This document shows positions 1-12,785 of a DNA stretch of 64,000 nt, piece after piece. The stretch's first letter is position 1; each line of letters begins with the position of its first letter. A model generated the notes under the pieces. That model did not search any database. It saw only the letters and a list, made by a program, of their open reading frames with translations, and had not been told where the DNA came from. This DNA comes from an uncultured Acidobacteriota bacterium. Lineage in GTDB: Bacteria; Acidobacteriota; JAQAZP01. The DNA lies in the NCBI GenBank assembly GCA_963836075.1, contig CAWIIB010000009.1, positions 1,632,001-1,696,000 of the forward strand, in the 5' to 3' direction. Made by a program: the position numbers and the translations under genes.

Positions 1-22
1 GGTAACCGGAGCCGGTCCAGTC

Positions 23-1709
23 CTATTTGGATTCGATCTGCTGGATCTTCTTCTGGATCGACTCCAGCTCGGAACGAAGCTCGTCGGCTTTCTCCTGCTC
101 GCCCATCTGCTCCAGCTTGGCGATCTTCTCCTCGTAGATCGTGGCCTTTTCCTGCAGTTTGAACAGTGATTCCTTCTGATACTTGGCCGTGATTTTCATG
201 TGGATTTTGGCCACGACCTGGGCGTCCGGCTCCACGGTCATGCTGTCCAGCAGGGCGTCCTGGCCCTGGAGCACCGTCTCCACGCCGGCCAGCTCCTTCT
301 GCTCCAGGCCGGCCTTGATCTTGTCCAGCTCGGCCTGGGAAGCCCCGGCCTCCCTGGCTTCGACATATGTCGCCTTCTGGCCATACAGGGCTTTTTTACG
401 GAAGCTGAGGCCGCGGACCACGTCGTACATCTCCTCGAGGTTCAGCTCCCGGCCGCGCCAGAGGTCGGAGTAGGAGTAGCTGTTCAGTCCTGCTTCCGGG
501 TTCTGGTGGAACAGGGCCACCAGGAAGGCGTTCCGTTCCTCGAAGGAGATTTCGCCGTCACCGTCCACGTCGGCCGAGGGGTAGGCGGAAATCCGCTGAA
601 CGATCTGCTTGGCATGATCGTCAATCATCTGGCTGGTCAGGGCGGTCTCGGTGGTGCCGGCGGTGCCGGTGAGCACAAAACCGCTCCAGGCCAGCAGGAC
701 GATCATGGTGGCTGCGCGCAGGATGGGCCGGCCCGCGGGGCGCAGGGGGGATTCGAGAATCATGTCTATTCTCCTTTCAATGGTGCTGGTGCGGCCGGCC
801 ATGCAGGTGGGGCGGTAGGCCAGACCGTTCAAACGGGCTGACGGCACCGCCTCCAGCAGGCAGCGTGCGTACTCGCTGGCCGCGAGTTTGCCGTGACGCA
901 GGGCCCATCGGTCACAGGCATGTTCGCGGGCCAGGTCGATGTGACGGTTGACCCACGCCACCACCGGCCAGAAGAAAAGGACCTGTTCCGGCAATCCACT
1001 GCAGGCAGCGCAACCAGGGGTCCCCTCTCCGGAGATGGGTCACCTCGTGCACCACCACCGTCTCCAGCTCGTCCGGCCGAACGGTCTGGCGGCGGGATAG
1101 GACCAGCAGCGGTCTGGTCAGCCCCACAATAAAGGCCGACTGGAACTCGTCGCTGATGCGGACCATCGGAACACGGCGCAATCCGAAACGCCGGCAGACG
1201 TCGCGGACCAGGTGGCTGGTCTTGCGGTCGGCCGGCGGGAGCGCTCGACAGTAGGTGAGCAGCGCCCGGTGACGGCGGCTTCTCCAGAGGAGCAGTGCCG
1301 CCACGGTGGCGATGTATGCCAGGGCGAGGAGGGTGAGCCAGGGGAAGCCGCCGGCCGCGGCGCCGGTGAGGGCCTCGTCGGCCGGTTCGTCCACCAGCGG
1401 GTTGACGGTGGCCAGTTCGGCGGCGATCAGCCCCAGGTTCGAGCCGGCCATGGGCCCGCTCTGCACCGCCGTGCGGAAGAGGCTGGGCAGGGACCAGGAC
1501 CACCCCGGCCCGAAAGGCAGCAGGAAGCGGACCAGCACGATGGTCCAGAGCGCCACCTCGAAAGCGGGGGGGATCTTGCGCCGCAGCAGCCGGGCGGGCA
1601 GCCAGGTCAGGACGGCCAGCAGCGTGCCGAAGAGCAGCGCCTCACCCAGCCAGCTGAGCAGGGTCACGGCCAGGGGGTTGAGAGATGACAGCAGTTCGCT
1701 CATGGTCAC
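23..1709 (-). CDS. BlaR1/M56-family membrane metallopeptidase signal transducer, split by a +1 frameshift near 982-983
   Basis: ORF 912..1709 has N-terminal TM helices and the HEVTH (HExxH) zinc motif. ORF 23..994 continues with VLFFWPVV...REHACD, typical of M56. The C-terminal part has an EF-hand-like DVDGDGEISFEE and a coiled coil. It lies directly behind a BlaI-type gene. Confidence 0.85.
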
Positions 1710-2119
1710 TTCCCTCCCTGGCGGGCGTCCGCTTCCCGGGCTGCCCGCTTCTGGATCTTGTCCTCGATCCGGCGCAGATCCGCCGGCGAGAGGTCGCTCT
1801 CCTCCACCAGGTGGAGTACCAGGTCTTCGGCCTGACCGTCGAACACGGTCTGGACAAAGCTCTCCAGCCGCTGGCGCAGCACCTGCTCCCGCCGGACCTG
1901 CGGGGTGTAGACAAAGGGCTGCCGGCCGCGGTCCACCTCCAGGGCCCCTTTCTCTCCCAGGTTCTTCATCATCGTCATGATCGTGGTGTAGGCCGGCTTC
2001 GGCGATCCGGCGGGCAGGGCGTCGATCACCTGCTGCACCGTTCCCGAGCCCAGCTGCCAGAGCACTTTCATCACGTCCAGCTCGGCCGGCGTGATGTGCG
2101 GGGTGTTTGTTCGGGGCAT
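1706..2119 (-). CDS. blaI: BlaI/MecI/CopY-family transcriptional repressor
   Basis: ITPAELDVMKVLW...PAYTTIMTMMKNLGEKG...FDGQAEDLVLHLVE is the BlaI winged-helix signature. ATG at 2119 has a GGAGGA RBS. Confidence 0.9.
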   Translation of the reverse strand: MPRTNTPHITPAELDVMKVLWQLGSGTVQQVIDALPAGSPKPAYTTIMTMMKNLGEKGALEVDRGRQPFVYTPQVRREQVLRQRLESFVQTVFDGQAEDLVLHLVEESDLSPADLRRIEDKIQKRAAREADARQGGK

Positions 2120-2149
2120 CTTCTCCTCCATCGTTACTAGTATGCTAAA

Positions 2150-2179
2150 AGTATTACTATGCGTATAGTAATTTGTCAA
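2150..2179 (-). promoter_or_regulatory. Promoter (-35 TTGACA) overlapped by a palindromic BlaI-type operator
   Basis: Perfect inverted repeat TTACTAT-GCGT-ATAGTAA at 2154-2171, next to TTGACA on the minus strand at 2174-2179, upstream of blaI. Confidence 0.7.
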
Positions 2180-2442
2180 GCGATTTTTTCCGCTGCGCTC
2201 CAGCACCGTATCCTTACTAACGCCGAAAACCGTGGAAGGTTCGATATTTGAGCGGGATAGGGTGAATCGACCCGCTGGCTTGATATTTTCTCAGAGGGAC
2301 GCTCCGGGTCTGCGGGCAAGATGACCGGGACCGGTTTCATGGACAATATGCAATACTGTGTAAGGAGCCAGTCAATTGCGACCGGAGATGGCTCTGATTA
2401 TTGAAGTGAACTTGGCATTTTCACCAGTGTGAGGTTTTACTG

Positions 2443-4083
2443 ATGAAGAAAGCGCTGTTATTCGTTTCTCTCGTATTGTGGGCTCTTTCTGCTTCCGGCC
2501 CGGCTCACGGCGATCCCTTCAACGGATACACCCTGTTCTCGCCCATTTCCTCCACCACCACCTATTTGATCGACATTGACGGGCAGGTGGTGCATACATG
2601 GCCCAGCACGCATACCACGGGAAGTTGTGTGTATCTGCTGGAGGACGGGAGCATCCTGCGTCCGTACTACGAGGAAAATCCAATCTTCGCCGGAACATTC
2701 GGTGGAATATTGCAGAGGATCGCCTGGGATGGCACCGTTGTCTGGGAATACGATTATTCGACACCCACACACATGCAGCACCACGATGTGGAAGTGCTGC
2801 CCAACGGCAACATTCTGATGATCGCCTATCAAAACAAAACCTATGCCGAGGCCATCGCCGCCGGCCGTGACCCCGCACTGATGAACGGGAACCACCTGCT
2901 TCCGGAGAGCATCATCGAGGTGGAGCCGGTGGGTACTCATAATGGCAACATCGTCTGGGAGTGGCACCTCTGGGATCACCTGGTCCAGGATTTTGACAGC
3001 CTCAAGCCCAACTACGGTGTGGTGGCCGATCACCCCGAGCTGATGGACCTCAACTTCGTTTTGAACGCCCACCCTGACTGGATCCACGCCAACTCCGTGG
3101 ACTACAACGAGGAGTTCGATCAGATCCTCATCAGCGCCAACAATATCAGCGAGATCTTCATCATCGATCACAGCACCACCACCGAGGAGGCCGCGGGCCA
3201 CACCGGGGGGAACAGCGGCAAGGGCGGTGACATCCTCTACCGCTGGGGGAACCCCCAGGCGTACGATGCCGGGGATTTGAGCGACAAGAGGTTTTTTTAC
3301 CAGCATGACGCGAGGTGGATCAAGGAAGGCGAACCCGGGACGGGCAATATCCTGGTTTTCAACAACGGCCTGGGACGTCCCGGCGGCAGTTACTCCAGCG
3401 TGGAGGAGATCGTGCCACCCGTGGACGGCAGCGGCAACTACAGCCTCGTGCCCGGCTCGGCGTACGGGCCCTCAGATCCCGTCTGGATCTACTCGGACCC
3501 CGACAATTTCATGTCCGGCTTCATGGCCGGTGCGCAAAGGCAGCCCAATGGAAACACGTTGATCTGCGAGGCGGGAAGCGGGACCCTGTTCGAAGTTACC
3601 ATGACGGGCGATACCGTCTGGACGTACCTCAACCCCTATCCCGATACCGTTTACAATATCGTGTTCAAGGTCGATCGCTACGCTCCCGATTATCCAGGTC
3701 TGGTCAACCTGCTGGGGACCATCGATTCGGAGCTGACCTGCCAGCCCGCGTCGGGCACGGTGCCGTTCACCACCCAGATGACGGTGACGCTGTCCAACCG
3801 GTACACCGGCCAGGTGCGCCGCATCTCGGGCCGGATCAACGCCACGCTGGCCAGCGGCGCCTACTACGGCAACTGGCGCGCCGGATACACCAACGTGGAC
3901 GCCGGAGGGAGCTACGTCGCCTCCTGGACCCAGAACCTCCCGGCCCTGGGATCGGTGATCGGCAACAACCTTTTCGAACTGCTGGCCGAGGACGTGACAC
4001 CTGCCCCTTACAATCAGCCGCCCTACCCGCCGGCAGGGGATTCGGCCACCGACAGCTGCACGGTGACCGGGGTCGCGCCATAA
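2443..4083 (+). CDS. Secreted aryl-sulfate sulfotransferase (ASST-like beta-propeller) with an extra C-terminal domain of about 120 aa
   Basis: Signal peptide, QHHDVEVLPNGNIL, DWIHANSVDY, ILYRWGNP, QHDARW and AQRQPNGNTLICE motifs. Confidence 0.8.
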   Translation: MKKALLFVSLVLWALSASGPAHGDPFNGYTLFSPISSTTTYLIDIDGQVVHTWPSTHTTGSCVYLLEDGSILRPYYEENPIFAGTFGGILQRIAWDGTVVWEYDYSTPTHMQHHDVEVLPNGNILMIAYQNKTYAEAIAAGRDPALMNGNHLLPESIIEVEPVGTHNGNIVWEWHLWDHLVQDFDSLKPNYGVVADHPELMDLNFVLNAHPDWIHANSVDYNEEFDQILISANNISEIFIIDHSTTTEEAAGHTGGNSGKGGDILYRWGNPQAYDAGDLSDKRFFYQHDARWIKEGEPGTGNILVFNNGLGRPGGSYSSVEEIVPPVDGSGNYSLVPGSAYGPSDPVWIYSDPDNFMSGFMAGAQRQPNGNTLICEAGSGTLFEVTMTGDTVWTYLNPYPDTVYNIVFKVDRYAPDYPGLVNLLGTIDSELTCQPASGTVPFTTQMTVTLSNRYTGQVRRISGRINATLASGAYYGNWRAGYTNVDAGGSYVASWTQNLPALGSVIGNNLFELLAEDVTPAPYNQPPYPPAGDSATDSCTVTGVAP

Positions 4084-4113
4084 ACGGCTGGCCCGGGGAG
4101 TGCGGACTGCCCC

Positions 4114-5148
4114 TCACTCCCCCTCCATCACCAGCACCTTGGCCCCGCGGATGCGCCGCTGCTTCAGTTCCAGCAGGGCCTTGTTGGCGTCCTCCAGGGG
4201 GTAGGTCTGCAGTTCGGGGCGGATGGGGATCTCGGCGGCCAGGCGCAGGAACTCGGTGACGTCCCGGCGGGCCACGTTGGCCACGCTCTTGATCTCCTTC
4301 TCCATCCAGAGGTGGGCCGGGTAGTCGAGGCGCTGGAGCTCGTCCCGGTCTCCGTCCTCCTTGCGGATGGCGTTGATCACCAGGCGCCCGCCCGGCGCCA
4401 GGTTGGCCAGCGCCTGCACCACCGGCTTCCAGGCCGGGGTGGTGTCGATCACCGCGGCCAGTTGCTCCGGCGCCCGATCACTGGTGTCCCCGGCCCAGGT
4501 CGCGCCCAGCTGGAGGGCGAACTCCCGTTCCCCCGGATCGCGGGCAAAGACGTGGACCCGGGTGGCGGGGAAGCGGTGACGCACCATCTTCAGCACCAGG
4601 TGGGCCGAGGCTCCGAAACCGGTGAGACCCAGTGCCTGGCCGCTGGACAGCCCGCTGAGGCGCAGCGAGCGGTAGCCGATGGCGCCGGCGCAGAGCAGGG
4701 GAGCGGCTTCGGCCGCAGAGAAACCCGGGGGGATGGGGTAGGCGAAAGCCTCCGGGACGCACATCTGCTCGGCGTAGCCGCCATTGGCGTCGCGGCCGGT
4801 GGCCTGGAACTCGGGGCAGAGGTTCTCCTCACCGGCCAGGCAGTGCAGGCAGTGGCCGCAGGCGGACCAGATCCAGGCCACTCCCGCCATCTCCTCGATG
4901 CGGGATCGGTCGGCGCCTGGTCCTGCCTCCACCACCCGGCCCACCGCCTGGTGCCCCGGGATCACCGGCAGCCGGGGCGGCGGGGTGCGCCCCTCGATCT
5001 CGTCCAGCTCGGTGTGGCAGACGCCGCAGGCCGTCACCTCCAGCAGCAGCTCCCCCGGCCCCGGTTCCGGACGGGGCAGTTCGGTGAGCTGCAGCGGTTC
5101 ACGGTTCTCTTGCAGGCGGCAGAGCTCGGTGAGCAGCATCGCTTTCAT
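4114..5148 (-). CDS. Zinc-dependent alcohol dehydrogenase (AdhP-like medium-chain family)
   Basis: ACGVCHTELD, GHQAVG, structural-Zn CGHCLHC...C and APLLCAGAIGYR motifs. Confidence 0.9.
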   Translation of the reverse strand: MKAMLLTELCRLQENREPLQLTELPRPEPGPGELLLEVTACGVCHTELDEIEGRTPPPRLPVIPGHQAVGRVVEAGPGADRSRIEEMAGVAWIWSACGHCLHCLAGEENLCPEFQATGRDANGGYAEQMCVPEAFAYPIPPGFSAAEAAPLLCAGAIGYRSLRLSGLSSGQALGLTGFGASAHLVLKMVRHRFPATRVHVFARDPGEREFALQLGATWAGDTSDRAPEQLAAVIDTTPAWKPVVQALANLAPGGRLVINAIRKEDGDRDELQRLDYPAHLWMEKEIKSVANVARRDVTEFLRLAAEIPIRPELQTYPLEDANKALLELKQRRIRGAKVLVMEGE

Positions 5149-5163
5149 CGGCGGATCCCCCCG

Positions 5164-5829
5164 TCACGTGGTCTTGAGCACTTCGGCCCCGTCCTTGTTG
5201 CGGCCCCACTGCCAGTTGGCGATCCGGCCCAGCCGGCGGGCCAGCCGCTGATCCATCCGGAGATGCCAGGTCTTTTTCCGTTGCACCTCGATCAGCTCGC
5301 CGAAGATCTCGTCCACCGCCCGCACAACTCCCGGGTGATGCCTGTTGTAGTCATCGCCGGCCATCAGACCGCCGGTCTTGAGCTTGGGCAGCCAGGAGAG
5401 GATATCGGTCTTGACGCACTGGTACTGGTGGCAGGCGTCGATGTAGATCATATCGAAGAAGCCGTCGTCAAAGGCGGCGGCCGCCCCGGCCGAGGAATCA
5501 CGCACCAGGGTCACCAGGTCCTGGTGGCCGGCGGCCCGCAGGTTTTCGAGGAACGACTCCAGACGCTCCTGGGACAGAGGCCAGGAGGGGTGGCCGAAGT
5601 GGCAGGGGGGCAACGGCGGCGGGGTGCCGTCCTCGCTGAGCCAGATGTCCACCGCCCAGACGCGGTTGTTGTTCGCCCGGCAGATGTCGAGGATCGGGAG
5701 CAGCGAAGCCCCCTTCCAGACGCCGATCTCCACGATGGCGCCATCGTGGATCAATTCCACCTGGCTGCGGCTCCAGGCCGGGTCGGGCGGCCACCCGCCG
5801 GCGGGGGGGCGCTTCTTTCCAAAGATCAT
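5164..5829 (-). CDS. Class I SAM-dependent methyltransferase (Methyltransf_24-like)
   Basis: IVEIGVWKGAS, FDMIYIDACHQY and LKTGGLMAGDDY motifs. Confidence 0.8.
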   Translation of the reverse strand: MIFGKKRPPAGGWPPDPAWSRSQVELIHDGAIVEIGVWKGASLLPILDICRANNNRVWAVDIWLSEDGTPPPLPPCHFGHPSWPLSQERLESFLENLRAAGHQDLVTLVRDSSAGAAAAFDDGFFDMIYIDACHQYQCVKTDILSWLPKLKTGGLMAGDDYNRHHPGVVRAVDEIFGELIEVQRKKTWHLRMDQRLARRLGRIANWQWGRNKDGAEVLKTT

Positions 5830-6020
5830 CGGTGGCCTCCACGGGTTGGTCCGTTGCCGCGGGGTGCGGTGAGTGGAGGATAGAATAGAGGATCATCCTG
5901 ACGGTTTCAATCGACGTGCCGCTGCCGACGATCCGTTGACAAGGGCCGTTGGATCAATCACCATTATTTTGAAAAGGGTAATAACCCGGGGTTTTCCCCG
6001 TTGATGGAGGAACAGTATTA

Positions 6021-8457
<2,437 letters not shown>

Positions 8458-8459
8458 CC

Positions 8460-10403
8460 ATCGCCACGTCCGGATCACTTCCGCTCCTGCCGGTCCTCGC
8501 GGTCATTGTCGCCGGCCTCTTCACCGGTTGCGCTGAGCCGGTCCATACGGACGCCGAGCAGCAGCTGGCGACCCGGGGGTCGGCCATCGACCTGCTGGAG
8601 CTGCGCCGGCTCACCGATCCGGAGCCGCTGCAGCGTGACGAGGAGACCCGGCGAGGCCTGGTCGGGGTGCAGTGGATGATCGACGACGAGACCCGTCCCT
8701 CCATGCAGACTCTCCCCGGAGCGCCCTGGTCGGTCTCCCTGTCGCTCCCCCCGGCGGACCCGGACAACGGCGACGGTCCACTGCTCCGTTTTGCCACCGG
8801 GGTCTCCGTGCCGGGATGGGAGAACGGGGGCCAGCCAGTCCGCTTCCGGGTCCATGCCCGGGGCGAACACTCCCTGTTCAAGCGGCTGATCTTCGACCGG
8901 ACACTGGACCCCGTGGGGAATGTCTACCACCGGATCTGGCACGATCATGAGTTGAGCCTGGCCCGCTATGCGGGGGAACGGGTTCGCCTGACGTTCTCCA
9001 CGGAGAAGATGGGCCGCCGGGGGGGCGTGGATAGCGGGGCTTACGCCGTCTGGGCCCACCCGCTGGTCCAGGGGGCCGCCCCGCCGGCCGCCAATCTGCT
9101 GGTGATCCTGGTGGACACCCTGCGGGCTGACCACCTGGGTTCCAACGGCTACCAGAATCGCACCACACCCCACCTCGACCGCTGGGCCGGCCGGGGCGTA
9201 TCTTTCCGGCAGGCGGTCTCCTCAAGCTGCTGGACGGCTCCGGCGGTGGCCTCTCTGTTCACCGGGCAGCACCCCTATGGCCACGGCGTGCGCACCAAGT
9301 ACGCCCTCGACCTGGGCCAGGGCGAGGAAACCCTGGCCGAGCTGTTCCGTCGCGGCGGCTGGTTCACCGGGGCCATCTCGGACAACTTGCTCATCGTTCC
9401 GGGCAACGGCTACGCCCAGGGCTTCCAGACCTTCCTGACCCACCCCTGGGACCGCCAGGAGCGTGGGGCCCGCGGGCTCACCGACCGGGCCATTGCCTGG
9501 CTGGAGCGCGACGGCGGCCGGCCATTCTTTTTCTATCTGCACTACATGGACCCCCACGGGCTCTACACGCCGGAGGAGCCCTATGAACCGGGCCCTGCCG
9601 GGTTGTCGGGTGAGATCCGTGACTTCGTCGAAGCGGGTGACTGCGGCGCGGTGACCAAGCAGATCCGCAAGGATAGCACGTTCAAACTGTCGGCCGCGGA
9701 GCAGCAGCGTCTGCTCGACCTCTATGACGGCGAGATCGCGGCCACCGATTACCACATCGCCCGGCTGCTGGCCTGGTTGAGCCATGAAGGTCTGCTGGAC
9801 CGCACGGCGGTCATCCTGCTCGCCGACCATGGCGAAGGATTCGGTGAGCACAACGTTTACTCCCACGCGCACACGCTGCACGACGAGGAGGTCCTGGTCC
9901 CGCTGGTCATCCTGCCGCCCTCCGGCATGGACCTGGCGCGGGGTGTATCTCATTCCGGCGCTGTACGCATGGTGGACCTGGCGCCCACCATCCTCGACCT
10001 GGCCGGGCTGGCCATGGACGGGGAGGGCGCGGGTCGGTCCCTGGTCCCGCTGATGAAGGGCGGAGAACAGCCGGCGGACGGGCAGGAGGCCTACAGCGAG
10101 CATTCGGCCTACGCCAGGCCGGGTGAGCCCCTTGTGGTGGAGAGCGCGGTCCGTTCACCCGGGCTGAAGCTGATCTTCAATCCCGGCCGGGGCACCCACC
10201 AGCTGTTCGACCTGGATGCCGACCCCGGTGAACAGGTCGATGTCTTCGCCGCCGGCAGCCGGAGGGTGTCGGCCATGCTGAACCGGCTGGACCACTACCT
10301 CGCCGAAGCAGCAGCATCCCCGGAGGCCGTGACCCCCGGCGGCAGGGGGCCGGATGCCGAGCAGCTGCAGCAACTTGAGGCCCTCGGCTACCTGGATCAG
10401 TAG
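8460..10403 (+). CDS. Sulfatase/alkaline-phosphatase-superfamily lipoprotein (start uncertain)
   Basis: Lipobox LFTG-C, VDTLRADH, WTAPAVASLFTG, HYMDPH, YDGEI, ADHGE and C-terminal LEALGYL. The upstream part of ORF 8067.. overlaps lon and is spurious. Confidence 0.8.
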   Translation: MATSGSLPLLPVLAVIVAGLFTGCAEPVHTDAEQQLATRGSAIDLLELRRLTDPEPLQRDEETRRGLVGVQWMIDDETRPSMQTLPGAPWSVSLSLPPADPDNGDGPLLRFATGVSVPGWENGGQPVRFRVHARGEHSLFKRLIFDRTLDPVGNVYHRIWHDHELSLARYAGERVRLTFSTEKMGRRGGVDSGAYAVWAHPLVQGAAPPAANLLVILVDTLRADHLGSNGYQNRTTPHLDRWAGRGVSFRQAVSSSCWTAPAVASLFTGQHPYGHGVRTKYALDLGQGEETLAELFRRGGWFTGAISDNLLIVPGNGYAQGFQTFLTHPWDRQERGARGLTDRAIAWLERDGGRPFFFYLHYMDPHGLYTPEEPYEPGPAGLSGEIRDFVEAGDCGAVTKQIRKDSTFKLSAAEQQRLLDLYDGEIAATDYHIARLLAWLSHEGLLDRTAVILLADHGEGFGEHNVYSHAHTLHDEEVLVPLVILPPSGMDLARGVSHSGAVRMVDLAPTILDLAGLAMDGEGAGRSLVPLMKGGEQPADGQEAYSEHSAYARPGEPLVVESAVRSPGLKLIFNPGRGTHQLFDLDADPGEQVDVFAAGSRRVSAMLNRLDHYLAEAAASPEAVTPGGRGPDAEQLQQLEALGYLDQ

Positions 10404-10442
10404 AGGAATCCATCGGCGATCAGCCCCTCCCCCCGTGTAAAA

Positions 10443-10480
10443 ATAATAGACAAATAAAGTCGATTTTATGCTATTATAAT
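10443..10480 (+). promoter_or_regulatory. AT-rich suf promoter with a putative IscR/Rrf2-type operator
   Basis: ATAATAGACAAATAAAGTCGATTTTAT (GAC-N7-GTC core) followed by TGCTATTATAAT, upstream of sufC. Confidence 0.5.
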
Positions 10481-10551
10481 CAGGCACCGGGCCGCTGCGG
10501 CGCGAGCTTCGGGCCTGCGGTGCTGCAATGTTAACGAGAGGAAACCTGAAG

Positions 10552-11322
10552 ATGAAGCAGAAGCTGTCCAAACGAAATCTTGTCCTGGACAACGTCTATG
10601 TCCGGGTGGAGGGCAAGCAGATCGTCCGGGGCATTTCCATGACCATCAAGCCGGGTGAGATCCACGCCCTGATGGGGCCCAACGGCACCGGCAAAAGTTC
10701 GCTGGCCCTGGCCCTGATGGGCCATCCGCGATACGACACCGTGGAGGGTTCGGCCCGCATCGGCGACACCGAGCTGTTCGACCTCAATCCCAGCGAGCGG
10801 GCCAGGGCCGGCCTGTTCCTCGCCATGCAGTCCCCGGCCGAGATCCCCGGGGTGCCGATGTCCGATTTCGTGCGCACCGCGCGGCGGGAACTGGGCCTCG
10901 AAGACCTCTCCGGCATGAAGTTCAACCGCCGGTTGAAGTCTGAGCTGAAGCTGATCGGCATGGACAGCGCCTTTGCCGGGCGCTACCTCAACGAGGGCTT
11001 CTCCGGCGGAGAGAAAAAGCGGGCCGAGGTGTTGCAGATGCGGATGCTGGAGCCGAAATTCGCCGTCCTCGACGAGATCGACTCCGGCCTGGACATCGAC
11101 GCCCTGGTGGCGGTGGCCCGGGGGATCGGCGAGCTGGTGGCCGCCGGCACCGGCGTGCTGGTGATCACCCACTACCGCCGGCTGCTGGACCACCTGCCGC
11201 CGGACATGGTGCACATCATGAGCGGCGGCGAGATCGTCCGCTCCTCTCCGGGGATGGAACTGGCCAACACCCTCGAGGCCGGCGGCTACGAGGCAGTGCT
11301 GGGCCATGAGGTATCAGTCTGA
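10552..11322 (+). CDS. sufC: Fe-S cluster assembly ATPase SufC
   Basis: [33 protein letters not shown] and ITHY motifs. Confidence 0.95.
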   Translation: MKQKLSKRNLVLDNVYVRVEGKQIVRGISMTIKPGEIHALMGPNGTGKSSLALALMGHPRYDTVEGSARIGDTELFDLNPSERARAGLFLAMQSPAEIPGVPMSDFVRTARRELGLEDLSGMKFNRRLKSELKLIGMDSAFAGRYLNEGFSGGEKKRAEVLQMRMLEPKFAVLDEIDSGLDIDALVAVARGIGELVAAGTGVLVITHYRRLLDHLPPDMVHIMSGGEIVRSSPGMELANTLEAGGYEAVLGHEVSV

Positions 11323-12785
11323 TGGACAACCTGGCCAACAGCGACAGGACGGGACGCGGAGTTGCCCCGGCGGTGGTGCCGCCGGTGGCCGGTATGACCG
11401 ATGCCGCAAAGGATGAATACCGCTACGGCTTCCACGATCCCGAGGAGTATGTCTACCGTACGCCAAAGGGGCTGACCCGGGAGACCGTGGAGGAGATCTC
11501 GCGGCGCAAGGGCGAACCGCAGTGGATGCTGGAGAAGCGGCTGGAAGGCCTGAAACTGTTCCAGCGCAAACCGATGCCCCGCTGGGGGGCCGACCTCAGC
11601 GGCATCGACTTCGACCGCATCACCTACTACATCAAGCCCAGCGAGCAGGAGGAGCGGTCCTGGGACGATGTGCCGGAGAACATCAAGAACACCTTTGACC
11701 GGCTGGGCATCCCCGAGGCGGAGAAGAAGTGGCTGGCCGGGGTGGGGGCGCAGTACGAGTCGGAGACGGTCTACCACAACCTGAAGCGGGAGTGGGTGGA
11801 GAAGGGCGTGATCTTCACCGACATGGACACCGCGCTCAAGGAACGGCCGGAGATCGTCAAACAGTATTTCGGCACCATCATCCCCGCCGGGGACAACAAG
11901 TTCGCCGCGCTGAACACCGCGGTCTGGAGCGGCGGCAGTTTTGTCTACGTTCCGGCCGGGGTCACCGTGGACATCCCGCTGCAGGCCTATTTCCGGATCA
12001 ACGCCCGGGACATGGGCCAGTTCGAGCGGACGATGATCATCGGCGGCCCGGGGGCCACCCTGCACTACGTGGAGGGCTGCACCGCCCCCACCTACTCCAG
12101 CGACTCGCTGCACGCCGCGGTGGTGGAGGTGATCGCCCTGCCCGGGTCGCGGGTCCGCTACACCACCATCCAGAACTGGTCGCACAACGTCTACAACCTG
12201 GTGACCAAGCGCGCCGCGGCCTACGAGGGCGCCACGGTGGAGTGGGTGGACGGCAACCTGGGCAGCAAGGTGACCATGAAGTACCCCTCGGTCTACCTGC
12301 TGGGCCGCGGGGCCCACGCCGAGATCCTTTCCGTGGCCATGGCCAACGACGGCCAGTACATCGACGCCGGGGCCAAGGCGGTCCACGCCGCCCCGGACTC
12401 CACCTCCTCGGTGGTCTCCAAGTCGATCAGCAAGGGCCAGGGCCGGGCGGGATACCGCGGGCTGGTCCAGGTGGAACCGGGCGCCACCGGCGCCAAAGCC
12501 TCGGTGCGCTGTGACGCACTGATCCTTGGGCCCGAGGCGCGCAGCGACACCTATCCCTACATGGACGTCAGGGAAGAGGAGAGCAACATCGAGCACGAAG
12601 CCACGGTGAGCCGGGTGGGCGAAGAGCAGCTCTTCTACCTCACCAGCCGCGGGCTGAGCGAGGAGGAGGCGGCGTTGATGATCGTCAACGGCTTTATCGA
12701 GCCGATCGTCAAGGAACTGCCCATGGAATACGCGGTGGAGCTGAACCGGCTGATCGAGATGGAAATGGAGGGGTCCGTTGGTTGA
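11322..12785 (+). CDS. sufB: Fe-S cluster assembly scaffold SufB
   Basis: [37 protein letters not shown] and EHEATVS motifs. Confidence 0.97.
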   Translation: MDNLANSDRTGRGVAPAVVPPVAGMTDAAKDEYRYGFHDPEEYVYRTPKGLTRETVEEISRRKGEPQWMLEKRLEGLKLFQRKPMPRWGADLSGIDFDRITYYIKPSEQEERSWDDVPENIKNTFDRLGIPEAEKKWLAGVGAQYESETVYHNLKREWVEKGVIFTDMDTALKERPEIVKQYFGTIIPAGDNKFAALNTAVWSGGSFVYVPAGVTVDIPLQAYFRINARDMGQFERTMIIGGPGATLHYVEGCTAPTYSSDSLHAAVVEVIALPGSRVRYTTIQNWSHNVYNLVTKRAAAYEGATVEWVDGNLGSKVTMKYPSVYLLGRGAHAEILSVAMANDGQYIDAGAKAVHAAPDSTSSVVSKSISKGQGRAGYRGLVQVEPGATGAKASVRCDALILGPEARSDTYPYMDVREEESNIEHEATVSRVGEEQLFYLTSRGLSEEEAALMIVNGFIEPIVKELPMEYAVELNRLIEMEMEGSVG

